This document shows, in pieces, positions 49,643-58,299 of a stretch of 64,000 nucleotides of DNA; position 1 is the first letter of the stretch, and each line of letters opens with the position of its first letter. Under the pieces are notes generated by a model. The model was not told the origin of the DNA and made no database searches. It worked only from the letters and a program-made list of their open reading frames with translations. This stretch comes from Myxococcota bacterium (GTDB lineage Bacteria; Myxococcota_A; UBA9042; PHBI01; JAWLBL01): the NCBI GenBank assembly GCA_041687695.1, contig JAWLBL010000001.1:259461-323460 (forward strand), written 5' to 3'. Position numbers and translations under genes: made by a program.

Positions 49643-50143
49643 GCTTCTTCCCCTGTTCGTGCCTGTCGACCTGCCCAGAACCCGGCCCCGGACGGGAATG
49701 GACTTTGGCCTCGGCGCATTCTACGCCCTCCGAGGTCCCTCGCAAGCCGCTTTGAGGCGACTTCGCATACCGCCGTGGAAACCGGCAGCCCTTTCCCCCA
49801 CAATCTCATGCAGTTGCCTTTCTTCGGCCCGGTAACCGAGCCGGGTTCGCAGCGTGCATCGCGCGCGCCGCCGTCAGCCGTCCTCCGCGGGTGGGGCCCT
49901 GCCCCCTGCCCGCGACGACCGCACCGATGGGCGCCCCATGCGGATGGAGTATAGAAGGTCTCTCGCGTCGGTGCCACTGGCCCCGGGCCCTCCGCGGTTG
50001 CATCGTGACGGCGGCCCGGCGGCTGAGTGACCGGCCCTCGGGCCAAGTCGGTGATCGCTTGACACCCCCTGGGCCGGCTGTTACCGACTGCAAGCCTTCG
50101 TTCCATCCGTCCGCCACCGCCGTCCCGTTCGGGAGGTCCTCTG

Positions 50144-51961
50144 ATGAGGTTGCGTCGCTCGCCGCTCGCGCCCGCACTGCTCGCCGCCGCCCTGGTGACG
50201 GCCCCCGGCGCCCACGCTCAGACCGCACCCGAGGGGACGCCCACGTTGCCGGCGCCCGCCGAGGGCGGCGACGAGGTCGACGAGCTGGAGCAGCTCCTCG
50301 AGCAGGCCGGCGAGTCCGGGACGCTCGGGGGGTGGGAGGACCGGCCGGTCGAGCGCCCGCGCGCCTACCCGTGGATCGAGCACCACGGGTACTTCCGGTT
50401 CCGCGCGGACCTCTTCTACAACGGGCACCTCGGGACCGTGATCCCCGGCGTCCCCGGCACCGGCACCAGCGCGATCCCCGCGCCCATCACCGAGAACGTC
50501 GTCAACAACGACGGCAGCAGCGCCTTCGGCGACCAGGTCGGCAGCGAGGACGCGAGCACCATCGCCTACGCCAACCTGCGGCTCCGCTACGCCCCGACCA
50601 TCCACGTGGCGCGCTCGATGCGCATCCACGCGACCGTCGACTTCCTCGACAACGTCATCCTGGGGTCGACGCCCGACTACGCCGGCTACCTCGTCCGCCC
50701 CGACGTCCCGCTCGTGGCGTTCAGCGGCGCCGCGGTCCCGCCGACGTCGGGTGTCAACGCCTTCCAGGACGGCGTCCGGGTGAAGGAGGCCTACGCCGAG
50801 TGGCAGCCGGCCTTCCTTCTGCGGGTCGGTCGGCAGGCCTCGCACTGGGGCCTGGGCATCCTGGCGAACGCCGGGCGGGACATCGACGACGACTTCGGCG
50901 ACTACACCGACCGGGCCCTGCTGCTCCTCAAGCTCTACGGCGTCTACGTCGCGGGCGCATGGGACTATATATATAGTGGTGCGACGACGGCCGATCCCGC
51001 CGAGTTCTTCGGGCAACCCAAGGACCTGGGTCAGGCGGACGACGTCACGCAATGGGTGCTGTCGGTGTTCCAGCGTCCGCTCAGCGAGGAGGAGCTGGCG
51101 CAGCGGCGTGTCTCCTTCACCGAGAACCTGCGTCCTGCGTTCGACTGGGGTCTGTACGCCGTCTACCGTGAGCAGGACTTCGACCTGTCCACCCTGGCCT
51201 TCTCGGACGTCCTGAACACGGGCGGCCGCCGCAACTTCGACCAGCTCAGCCTCGTCCCGCGCCACGCCTGGGCCTTCATCCCGGATCTGTGGCTGCGCTA
51301 CGCCAAGCGGTTCGACTACTTCAGCGGCATCCGCGTCGAGCTCGAGGCCGCCGCCATCTTCGGCGAGATCGACAACGTGTCCGAGGACGCCACGGTCGGC
51401 ACGCCCAGCCGCTCCATCCAGCAGTTCGGCGCCGCGCTGGAGATCGAGTACGACCGTAACGACCTCAGCATCGGCCTCGACGCCGGCTTCGCCTCGGGCG
51501 ACTCGGCCGAGGGCTTCGGCGTCGAGGACCGCCCGGTGCTCTCGGACGTGGACGGGGCGCCCAACCGCGACGTCACCGCCTTCAAGTTCGATCGCAACTA
51601 TCGGATCGACCTGATGCTCTTCCGCGAGATCATCGGGACGATCACGAACGCCGTCTACATCAAGCCCTACGTCAAGTACGACCTCTTCGAGTCGGTCGAG
51701 ACCGCCCTCGGCGCGCGGCTCGATCTGCTGTACGCCCGGGCCCTCGAGTCCGAGGCTACCCCCGGCAACGACCCGTTCCTGGGGCTCGAGGCCGACCTCC
51801 GCCTCTTCTACGAGGAGAAGGATCGCTTCAACCTCGACCTCGAGGCCGGCTTCCTGCTCCCGGGCGGCGCCTTCGACTATCGGCCGGTGGGCGCGACCGA
51901 CCTCATCCGAGAGTCGGAGTTCGCGTTCACCATCCAGTCCCGGCTCACGCTGCTGTTCTGA
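50144..51961 (+). CDS. TIGR04551-like outer-membrane beta-barrel protein (paralog 2)
   Basis: Signal peptide, HHGYFRFRADL, DFLDNVILGSTP, SHWGLGILANAG, FDRNYRIDLMLFREIIG, C-terminal Phe; clearly homologous to 24236-25954. Confidence 0.8.
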   Translation: MRLRRSPLAPALLAAALVTAPGAHAQTAPEGTPTLPAPAEGGDEVDELEQLLEQAGESGTLGGWEDRPVERPRAYPWIEHHGYFRFRADLFYNGHLGTVIPGVPGTGTSAIPAPITENVVNNDGSSAFGDQVGSEDASTIAYANLRLRYAPTIHVARSMRIHATVDFLDNVILGSTPDYAGYLVRPDVPLVAFSGAAVPPTSGVNAFQDGVRVKEAYAEWQPAFLLRVGRQASHWGLGILANAGRDIDDDFGDYTDRALLLLKLYGVYVAGAWDYIYSGATTADPAEFFGQPKDLGQADDVTQWVLSVFQRPLSEEELAQRRVSFTENLRPAFDWGLYAVYREQDFDLSTLAFSDVLNTGGRRNFDQLSLVPRHAWAFIPDLWLRYAKRFDYFSGIRVELEAAAIFGEIDNVSEDATVGTPSRSIQQFGAALEIEYDRNDLSIGLDAGFASGDSAEGFGVEDRPVLSDVDGAPNRDVTAFKFDRNYRIDLMLFREIIGTITNAVYIKPYVKYDLFESVETALGARLDLLYARALESEATPGNDPFLGLEADLRLFYEEKDRFNLDLEAGFLLPGGAFDYRPVGATDLIRESEFAFTIQSRLTLLF

Positions 51962-51981
51962 TCGCGTCTGCAGAGGCGAGC

Positions 51982-53475
51982 ATGTCGCAACCGAAAGGCC
52001 CGAGCCCCGAGACCAAGCTCTGGGGCGGGCGGTTCCAGGCCTCCACGGCCGGCGTCGTCGAGGCGATGAACGCCTCGGTGGCCTTCGATCAGGCGCTCGC
52101 GCTCGAAGACATCGCGGGCTCGATCGCGCACGCGCGCATGCTGGCGGCCCAGGGGCTGCTGGCGGCGGACGAGCAGCAGGCCATCGAGGCCGGGCTGGTC
52201 GCCATCGCCGCCGAGGTGCGCCAGGGCGCGTTCGGGTTCACGGTCGCGCGCGAGGACGTCCACATGAACGTCGAGGGCGCCCTGACCGACCGCATCGGCG
52301 CGGCCGCCGGGCGGCTGCACACCGGACGCAGCCGCAACGACCAGGTGGCGCTCGACCTGCGGCTGTGGTTGCGGCGCGAGCTGACGCGCCTCGGCCACGA
52401 GCTGGTCGCCGCCGCGCGTGCCTTCGTGGACCTCGGCGAGAAGTACGCCGAGACGCCGATGCCCGGTTACACCCACCTGCAGCGCGGGCAGCCGGTCACC
52501 TTCGGTCACCACATGATGGCGTACGCGGCCATGATGCTGCGTGACGTCGACCGGGTGCTCGATGCGCGCCGCAGGGCCGCGGTGCTGCCGCTCGGCTCCG
52601 GGGCGCTGGCAGGGTCGCCGCTGCCGCTGGACCGCTTCCGCGTCGCGGCCGAGCTCGAGCTGCCCGAGATCACGTGGAACAGCCTGGACGGGGTCAGCGA
52701 TCGCGACGCCGCCCTCGAGTCGCTGGGGGCCCTGGCCATCGTGATGGTGCATCTGAGCCGCCTCGCCGAGGAGCTCATCCTGTGGACCAGCCAGGAGTTC
52801 GCCTTCGTCGAGCTCTCGGACGCCTTCTGCACGGGCTCGAGCCTGATGCCGCAGAAGAAGAACCCGGACATCCCCGAGCTGCTGCGAGGCAAGGCGGGCC
52901 GGGTGTTCGGCGACCTGCAGGCGCTGCTGACCGTCATGAAGGGCCTTCCGCTGGCCTACAACAAGGACATGCAGGAGGACAAGGAGCCCGTCTTCGACGC
53001 GTTCACGACCGTCCGCACCTGCGTAGGCATCCTGCCCGACCTCCTGGGCGCCATGACCGTCCGGGCCGATCGGCTGGCCGGCGCGCTCAAGGACGGCTTC
53101 GTGCTGGCGACCGACCTCGCCGACCACCTGGTCGACCAGGGGGTGCCCTTCCGAGAGGCGCACCACGTCATCGGACGGGCGGTCGCCGTGTGCATCGAGC
53201 GCGGGGTCCGGCTCGAGGACCTGTCGCTCGACGATCTCCGCGCCCTGCACCCGGCGTTCGGCGACGACGCCCTGGCGGTCCTGGACCCGGGGCGCAGCCT
53301 CGCGCGGCGCGACCTGCCGGGCGGTCCGGCGCCGGCTCGGGTGCGCGAGTCGGCCGCTCGCGCGCGCGTGACGCTGGAGCAGCTCGCCGATCGGCTGGCC
53401 CAGGGCGGGCCCTCGGCCCTCGAGCAGGCGCTGGCCGAGGGTCGGCCGCTTCCGCCGCCGGTCGGCGCGTCGTGA
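51982..53475 (+). CDS. argH: argininosuccinate lyase
   Basis: KLWGGRF, EDVHMNVE, LHTGRSRNDQV, MPGYTHLQ, GSSLMPQKKNPD, YNKDMQEDK. Confidence 0.97.
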   Translation: MSQPKGPSPETKLWGGRFQASTAGVVEAMNASVAFDQALALEDIAGSIAHARMLAAQGLLAADEQQAIEAGLVAIAAEVRQGAFGFTVAREDVHMNVEGALTDRIGAAAGRLHTGRSRNDQVALDLRLWLRRELTRLGHELVAAARAFVDLGEKYAETPMPGYTHLQRGQPVTFGHHMMAYAAMMLRDVDRVLDARRRAAVLPLGSGALAGSPLPLDRFRVAAELELPEITWNSLDGVSDRDAALESLGALAIVMVHLSRLAEELILWTSQEFAFVELSDAFCTGSSLMPQKKNPDIPELLRGKAGRVFGDLQALLTVMKGLPLAYNKDMQEDKEPVFDAFTTVRTCVGILPDLLGAMTVRADRLAGALKDGFVLATDLADHLVDQGVPFREAHHVIGRAVAVCIERGVRLEDLSLDDLRALHPAFGDDALAVLDPGRSLARRDLPGGPAPARVRESAARARVTLEQLADRLAQGGPSALEQALAEGRPLPPPVGAS

Positions 53476-54722
53476 ACCACTTCCACCGCGTCGACGGCGA
53501 GCTGTGGTGTGAGGACGTCCCCCTGCGGCGCATCGCCGAGGACGTCGGAACGCCGACCTACGTCTACAGCGCCGCCACCCTCACCCGGCATTATCAGGTG
53601 TTCGACGAGGCGTGGGCCGAGGCCGACCACCTGGTCTGCTTCGCCGTCAAGGCGTGCAGCAACATCGCCATCCTGAACCTGCTGGCGGGGCTGGGGTCCG
53701 GGTTCGACATCGTCTCGGGCGGCGAGCTGCGGCGCGTGCTCGCGGCTGGAGGCGACCCGGGCAAGGTGGTGTTCTCCGGGGTCGGCAAGACCGAGGCCGA
53801 GCTGGAGCAGGCCCTCGAGGCCGGGATCCTGTGCTTCAACGTCGAGAGCGAGGCCGAGCTCGATCAGCTCGACGCCGTGGCGCGCCGCCTGGGCCGCCGG
53901 GCGCCCATCAGCCTGCGTGTCAACCCCGACGTCGACGCCCAGACGCACCCCTACATCTCGACGGGCCTGCGCAACAACAAGTTCGGCGTCTCGCACTCCC
54001 AGGCGCTGCGGATCTACGAGCACGCGGCCTCGCTCGAGGGCCTGCAGATCCTCGGCCTCGACTGCCACATCGGCAGCCAGCTCTCGGACGTCGAGCCCAT
54101 GGCGGCCGCGCTGCGGCGGCTGTTGGATCTGCTGGACCAGCTGGAGCGGGCCGGCATCCAGGTGCACCACCTGGATCTGGGCGGCGGGCTGGGCATCACC
54201 TACGACCGCGAGACGCCCCCCTCCCCTGCGGCTTACGCCCGCCGGCTGCTGAGCGAGCTCGGCGACCGCAAGGTCAAGATCGTCCTCGAGCCGGGCCGCG
54301 TCATCGCCGGCAACGCTGGCGTGCTGCTGATGAAGGTCCTTCTGACCAAGGACAACGACGGCAAGCACTTCGTCGTCGTGGACGCCGGCATGAACGACGC
54401 CATCCGCCCGGCCCTGTACGGCGCCTGGCACGGGCTCGAGACGGTCGGGCCGCCTGCCAGCACCGCCGCGCGCGTCGACGTCGTCGGCCCCGTGTGCGAG
54501 TCGGGCGACTTCTTCGCCCGCGACCGAGAGGTCCCGCTCGTGGCAGCCGGGGACCTCGTGGCGCTCATGAGCGCGGGCGCGTACGGCTTCACGATGTCCA
54601 GCAACTACAACAGCCGTCCTCGCGCGGCCGAGGTGCTGGTCGAGGGCGACCGCTTTCACGTCATCCGCGACCGCGAGCGGATCGAGGACCTGCTCCGCGG
54701 CGAGCGCCTCCCGCCGCGCTGA
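53472..54722 (+). CDS. lysA: diaminopimelate decarboxylase
   Basis: GTG overlapping argH stop; GTPTYVYS, FAVKAC, DIVSGGE, THPYISTG, HIGSQ, EPGR, GPVCESGD, SNYNSRPR. Confidence 0.97.
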   Translation: MNHFHRVDGELWCEDVPLRRIAEDVGTPTYVYSAATLTRHYQVFDEAWAEADHLVCFAVKACSNIAILNLLAGLGSGFDIVSGGELRRVLAAGGDPGKVVFSGVGKTEAELEQALEAGILCFNVESEAELDQLDAVARRLGRRAPISLRVNPDVDAQTHPYISTGLRNNKFGVSHSQALRIYEHAASLEGLQILGLDCHIGSQLSDVEPMAAALRRLLDLLDQLERAGIQVHHLDLGGGLGITYDRETPPSPAAYARRLLSELGDRKVKIVLEPGRVIAGNAGVLLMKVLLTKDNDGKHFVVVDAGMNDAIRPALYGAWHGLETVGPPASTAARVDVVGPVCESGDFFARDREVPLVAAGDLVALMSAGAYGFTMSSNYNSRPRAAEVLVEGDRFHVIRDRERIEDLLRGERLPPR

Positions 54723-55214
54723 GCCGACGCGAATCGGGACGGGACGCCCGGGACGACGGGACCCGCGCGCGCCCAGGGCGGTCGCAGAGTCGCCAATGGG
54801 CTCGCCACGCCTCGCGTTCAGCGCGGCGAGCCTCGCTACGCCGGAGCACGAGCGACCTCGTTCAGTCCGGTCGTCGGACTCCGAGGTGGACTCGTGGCGG
54901 CGAGTCTTGACGGCCTGCTCCAGCTCGCTGGGGCTCGTGGGTCGCGCAGCTCGCTGCGGGCAACGCTCGACGGACTCTGCGATGCCCCTGCGCGCGCGCC
55001 GAGCAGGGCTGGGCGAAGCGCGGCGACTCGGGGTACGCTGCGCGCCGTGCGCCGTGGTCCGAGCCGGGTGACGCCGGGGGGAGCGAGCGCTCGACACGAA
55101 AAAGGATCGAGCCGCTATGAAAAGGTTGCAGAGCCTCCCGCCGGTCGCGGCGCGCCGACGGCCCCATCGCTGGGCCGCGCGAAGGGTGCACGCTTCTTGC
55201 ACAGGTGCCCTGGC

Positions 55215-55853
55215 ATGACGACGCGTGCTCGACATCGGTCCGCCGGCTTCACCCTCATCGAGGTGGTCATCGTGATGGCCATCCTGATCATCCTCGCGGC
55301 GGCGGCCATCCCGAACGTCATGGGCGGCTTCCGGGACCAGCCGATCATGATGGCCACGAACGCCACCATCGACGTGTTCACCTTCGCGCGGGTCCGGGCG
55401 GTCAACGACTTTCGCGCCTACGGCGTGCGAGTGGCCCCCGACGAGGGCGAGGGCGGCCTGATCTCGGTCCACGCCGGCACCGGCCCGGCCTGCTCGACGG
55501 TCGGCTGGGGCGTGCCCGTCCGGACGCTCGACTTCGGCGCCAGCCGCGAGTTCGGTGCGCTGGCGGGGGACGGGCCGGACGTTCGAATCGTCCAGCTCAC
55601 CCCGGCGCGGGACGTCTTCCAGGTCTGCTTCACGCCCGACGGGCGCACCCTGGACATGCAGACCATGAAGCCGGTCGCGCCCGAGCAGTTCACGGACTAC
55701 GCGGCCGGCGATCTCATCGTGTCCATCTCGGCCCACCACGACGAGGCGCCCGTGGGCATGCTGCACCACGTCATCGTGCCGTACTCGGGCAGCCCGCGCT
55801 GGACCTTCGGCGAAGACCACGCCCACCCCGAGGGCGGCGAGGGGGGCTCGTGA
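55215..55853 (+). CDS. type IV minor pilin, FimU/FimT-like
   Basis: Prepilin site SAG|FTLIEVVIVM; FARVRAV helix; VCFTPDGR; first gene of cluster. Confidence 0.8.
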   Translation: MTTRARHRSAGFTLIEVVIVMAILIILAAAAIPNVMGGFRDQPIMMATNATIDVFTFARVRAVNDFRAYGVRVAPDEGEGGLISVHAGTGPACSTVGWGVPVRTLDFGASREFGALAGDGPDVRIVQLTPARDVFQVCFTPDGRTLDMQTMKPVAPEQFTDYAAGDLIVSISAHHDEAPVGMLHHVIVPYSGSPRWTFGEDHAHPEGGEGGS

Positions 55854-56500
55854 TGCTGACCCGGATGCGTCAGGGCTTCACGCTCATCGAGCTGCTCATC
55901 GTGGTCGCGGTGACCACGCTCGGCTTCGTGGCCCTGTTCGATCTGCAGGCCTCGACCCTGCGCGGCATGGCCAGCATGCGGCGGATGCTCGAGGCGACCA
56001 TGCTCGCGGAGAACTTCATCGAGACGCTGCGCCTCGAGCTCAGCGCCTGGACGCCTGGCTCCAACCTCGGCAACCCCGCGCTGTTTCCTCACCTGTCGGA
56101 CCTGCCGACCGACGCCTCGGCCCAAGCGGGCAGCCAGACGACCGGCGACGCGACCGGCGACCTCGCGCCCGGCTGGATCATCGCCGACCAGGAGGCCTCC
56201 GCGGACCGGCGGGTCTCCATGGCGGGTGACCTGCACCCGCTCGACTTCAACGCCGGCATCCGCGCCGCGATGCTCGAGCCGGGGATGGAGGACGTCCAGC
56301 AGCCCTTCTGCCTGCTCTACCGGCTGACCTGGCTCATCCCGGGCGCGGCCATCCGGGCCGAGGTCGAGGTGTCCTGGCCGCTCGACACGGCCGACATGGA
56401 GTCCTTCCTGCTCTGCGACTTCAACGCCTCGACGCGGCTGGACCAGGTGCGCTCGGTCACGCTGACCTCGACCCTGTCGACCAACCTCTTCCACCGGTGA
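55853..56500 (+). CDS. type IV minor pilin, PilV-like
   Basis: RQG|FTLIELLIV; ATMLAENFIETLR; EVEVSW; TGATG coupling. Confidence 0.8.
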   Translation: MLTRMRQGFTLIELLIVVAVTTLGFVALFDLQASTLRGMASMRRMLEATMLAENFIETLRLELSAWTPGSNLGNPALFPHLSDLPTDASAQAGSQTTGDATGDLAPGWIIADQEASADRRVSMAGDLHPLDFNAGIRAAMLEPGMEDVQQPFCLLYRLTWLIPGAAIRAEVEVSWPLDTADMESFLLCDFNASTRLDQVRSVTLTSTLSTNLFHR

Positions 56501-57636
56501 TGCCGACGATGCGCCCGCCCTCTGCCCAGACCCAAACGCGCCGCGGCTTCACGCTCGTCGAGCTGATGGTCGCCGTGCTCGTCGGCAGCATCGTCCTCGT
56601 CGGCGTCTACACGATCTACTCGGTCAGCGTGCGCGGCTACCGCGTCCAGGACCAGGCCGTGCAGGCCATCGGCCAGCTCCGCACGGCGATGCACCAGCTC
56701 AAGAGCGATCTCCGCAGCGCCGCCTTCAACGCGCCGGCCCAGTCCGAGGTCGAGACCTGGGTCCGCGTGGTCGGCGCGCCGCCGCTGGCCGCCGTGGCCA
56801 TCGACGTGGACCCCCAGACCCCGGTCGCGCACGCCGGCGTCAACACGGCCATCGCGCCGCAGCGCCTGCGGCTGCTGGGCGACTACGACAGCCACCGGGT
56901 GTGGACCACCGTCCGCATCGAGGGGACCATCGTCACGCTGCAGTGGAACCCCGAGCACGGCGGGCAGGCCGAGTTCGAGCGCATCTTCAACAGCGAGCGC
57001 TTCCTGCGCATCGAGATGTACGGCGAGGCGCGCCAGGAGCAGTACATCCCGATCGCCTCGACCAAGTGGGACGTGAACGCGCCCCAGGTCACGGTCGCCT
57101 CGCAGGTGCTCGACGTGAAGGGCTACGGGGCCGGACACGAGGTCACGGTGGCCAGCTACATCCGCTATCGGCTCGTCCGCGACACGCGCCGCAACGACGC
57201 GAGCGTCAAGTACGACCTCATCCGCGAGCGGCTCGACACGCAGGGGCAGCCCATCGCCGGCAGCTGGCTGGTGGTCGCCGAGAACATCGTCGACATGCAG
57301 TTCTACGACCTGTGCTTCAACATCACCGCGCCCGAGCTGGGGACGATGCGCCAGACGCCGGTGGACCTGCGCTGCTACCCGAACCTGGCCGCCGTGCCCG
57401 AGGCCTATTCGCTGGCGCCGGACGACGACAACCAGTCGCATCTGCTGCGTTCGGTGACCGTGAAGATCGCCGCCCGCACGCCCTACGAAGACCCCGAGGT
57501 GCCCTTCGCGCCTCGCCCGACCATCGACCAGCCGCTGAACGCCTTCGAGGTGGACCCGGAGACCGAGGGCGCCGCGCGCGTCTTCGAGGGGGCCGCGACC
57601 GTGTTCCTGACCAGCGTTCAAGCGAGGAGGCAGTGA
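56500..57636 (+). CDS. type IV minor pilin, PilW-like
   Basis: RRG|FTLVELMVA; LKSDLRSA; VAENIVDMQF; LRSVTVKIAART. Confidence 0.85.
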   Translation: MPTMRPPSAQTQTRRGFTLVELMVAVLVGSIVLVGVYTIYSVSVRGYRVQDQAVQAIGQLRTAMHQLKSDLRSAAFNAPAQSEVETWVRVVGAPPLAAVAIDVDPQTPVAHAGVNTAIAPQRLRLLGDYDSHRVWTTVRIEGTIVTLQWNPEHGGQAEFERIFNSERFLRIEMYGEARQEQYIPIASTKWDVNAPQVTVASQVLDVKGYGAGHEVTVASYIRYRLVRDTRRNDASVKYDLIRERLDTQGQPIAGSWLVVAENIVDMQFYDLCFNITAPELGTMRQTPVDLRCYPNLAAVPEAYSLAPDDDNQSHLLRSVTVKIAARTPYEDPEVPFAPRPTIDQPLNAFEVDPETEGAARVFEGAATVFLTSVQARRQ

Positions 57637-58283
57637 TGCAGGCTCCCAGGTGCGGTGACGGCGCGCGCCTCGTCGGCGAGCGCGGCTCGATGCTCGTCGT
57701 GGCGCTGCTCGTGCTGCTCGGCCTCAGCGGCGTCGGGCTGGTCATGGTCCAGAAGGTCAACGACGAGATCCACTACATCGGCAACATCCGACGCGGCGTG
57801 ATGGCCTACCACATCACCGAGAGCGGGGCCTATACCGCCCTCGCCTACGCCGACCGCCTCGGCCCGACCGGCTTCATCTCGGCCGTCGAGCTGTCGCGCC
57901 CCGATCCGAGCCAGCCCGCCGAGTGGTCGCCGGACGACCTCATCGGCGGCGGCCAGTACTTCGACATGAGCGCCGCCGGCAGCTTCGGCTTCGAGGGGTA
58001 CGTCGAGTCGACGGACACCGCCGCGCCGGTGAGCGCGCCGCCGATGGACTTCCGAGTGCGCGTGACGTCTTCGGGCATGTTGCAGCCGATCGTCGGCTAC
58101 GCGGTGTCGGGGCCGGGGTCGCGGTGCCGTTTCAAGTACCAGTTCGACACCGACGGTAACGTCGGGGACACGTCGAGCACGGACGACACCGTGTTCTCTG
58201 CGTGGAAGCGGATTAGGGCGCTGATGTACATCGGGCCGCTCCCGTGCGATCGCACGGCGGGGGCCCTGGGCACGGCGTCGTGA
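57636..58283 (+). CDS. type IV minor pilin, PilX-like
   Basis: ERG|SMLVVALLVL lacking Glu5 (PilX/GspK hallmark); GN...AYHITESG. Confidence 0.8.
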   Translation: MQAPRCGDGARLVGERGSMLVVALLVLLGLSGVGLVMVQKVNDEIHYIGNIRRGVMAYHITESGAYTALAYADRLGPTGFISAVELSRPDPSQPAEWSPDDLIGGGQYFDMSAAGSFGFEGYVESTDTAAPVSAPPMDFRVRVTSSGMLQPIVGYAVSGPGSRCRFKYQFDTDGNVGDTSSTDDTVFSAWKRIRALMYIGPLPCDRTAGALGTAS

Positions 58284-58299
58284 TTGGGAGGGGAGCGCG

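Noticed and set aside
49760..49830. c-di-GMP-I-like riboswitch in the giant gene leader (minus strand AAAGGCAAC...GAGA...GGGGAAAG)
   Set aside because: Only superficial similarity; stems pair poorly and the conserved GCAAA/tetraloop-receptor elements are not convincing. An Rfam scan would settle it.
50089..50105. sigma54 promoter for the giant gene (minus strand TGGAACGAAGGCTTGCA)
   Set aside because: GG-to-GC spacing is 11 nt rather than the required 10.
55185..55201. sigma54 promoter before the minor pilins (GGTGCACGCTTCTTGCA)
   Set aside because: The -12 TTGCA and spacing fit, but the invariant -24 GG is TG and the site is very close to the ATG.
54723..55214. Gene or ncRNA in the lysA-pilin intergenic gap
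   Set aside because: No ORF with coding bias and no recognisable RNA family; only GC hairpins and two GAAAAGG-like tracts that may be promoter elements.
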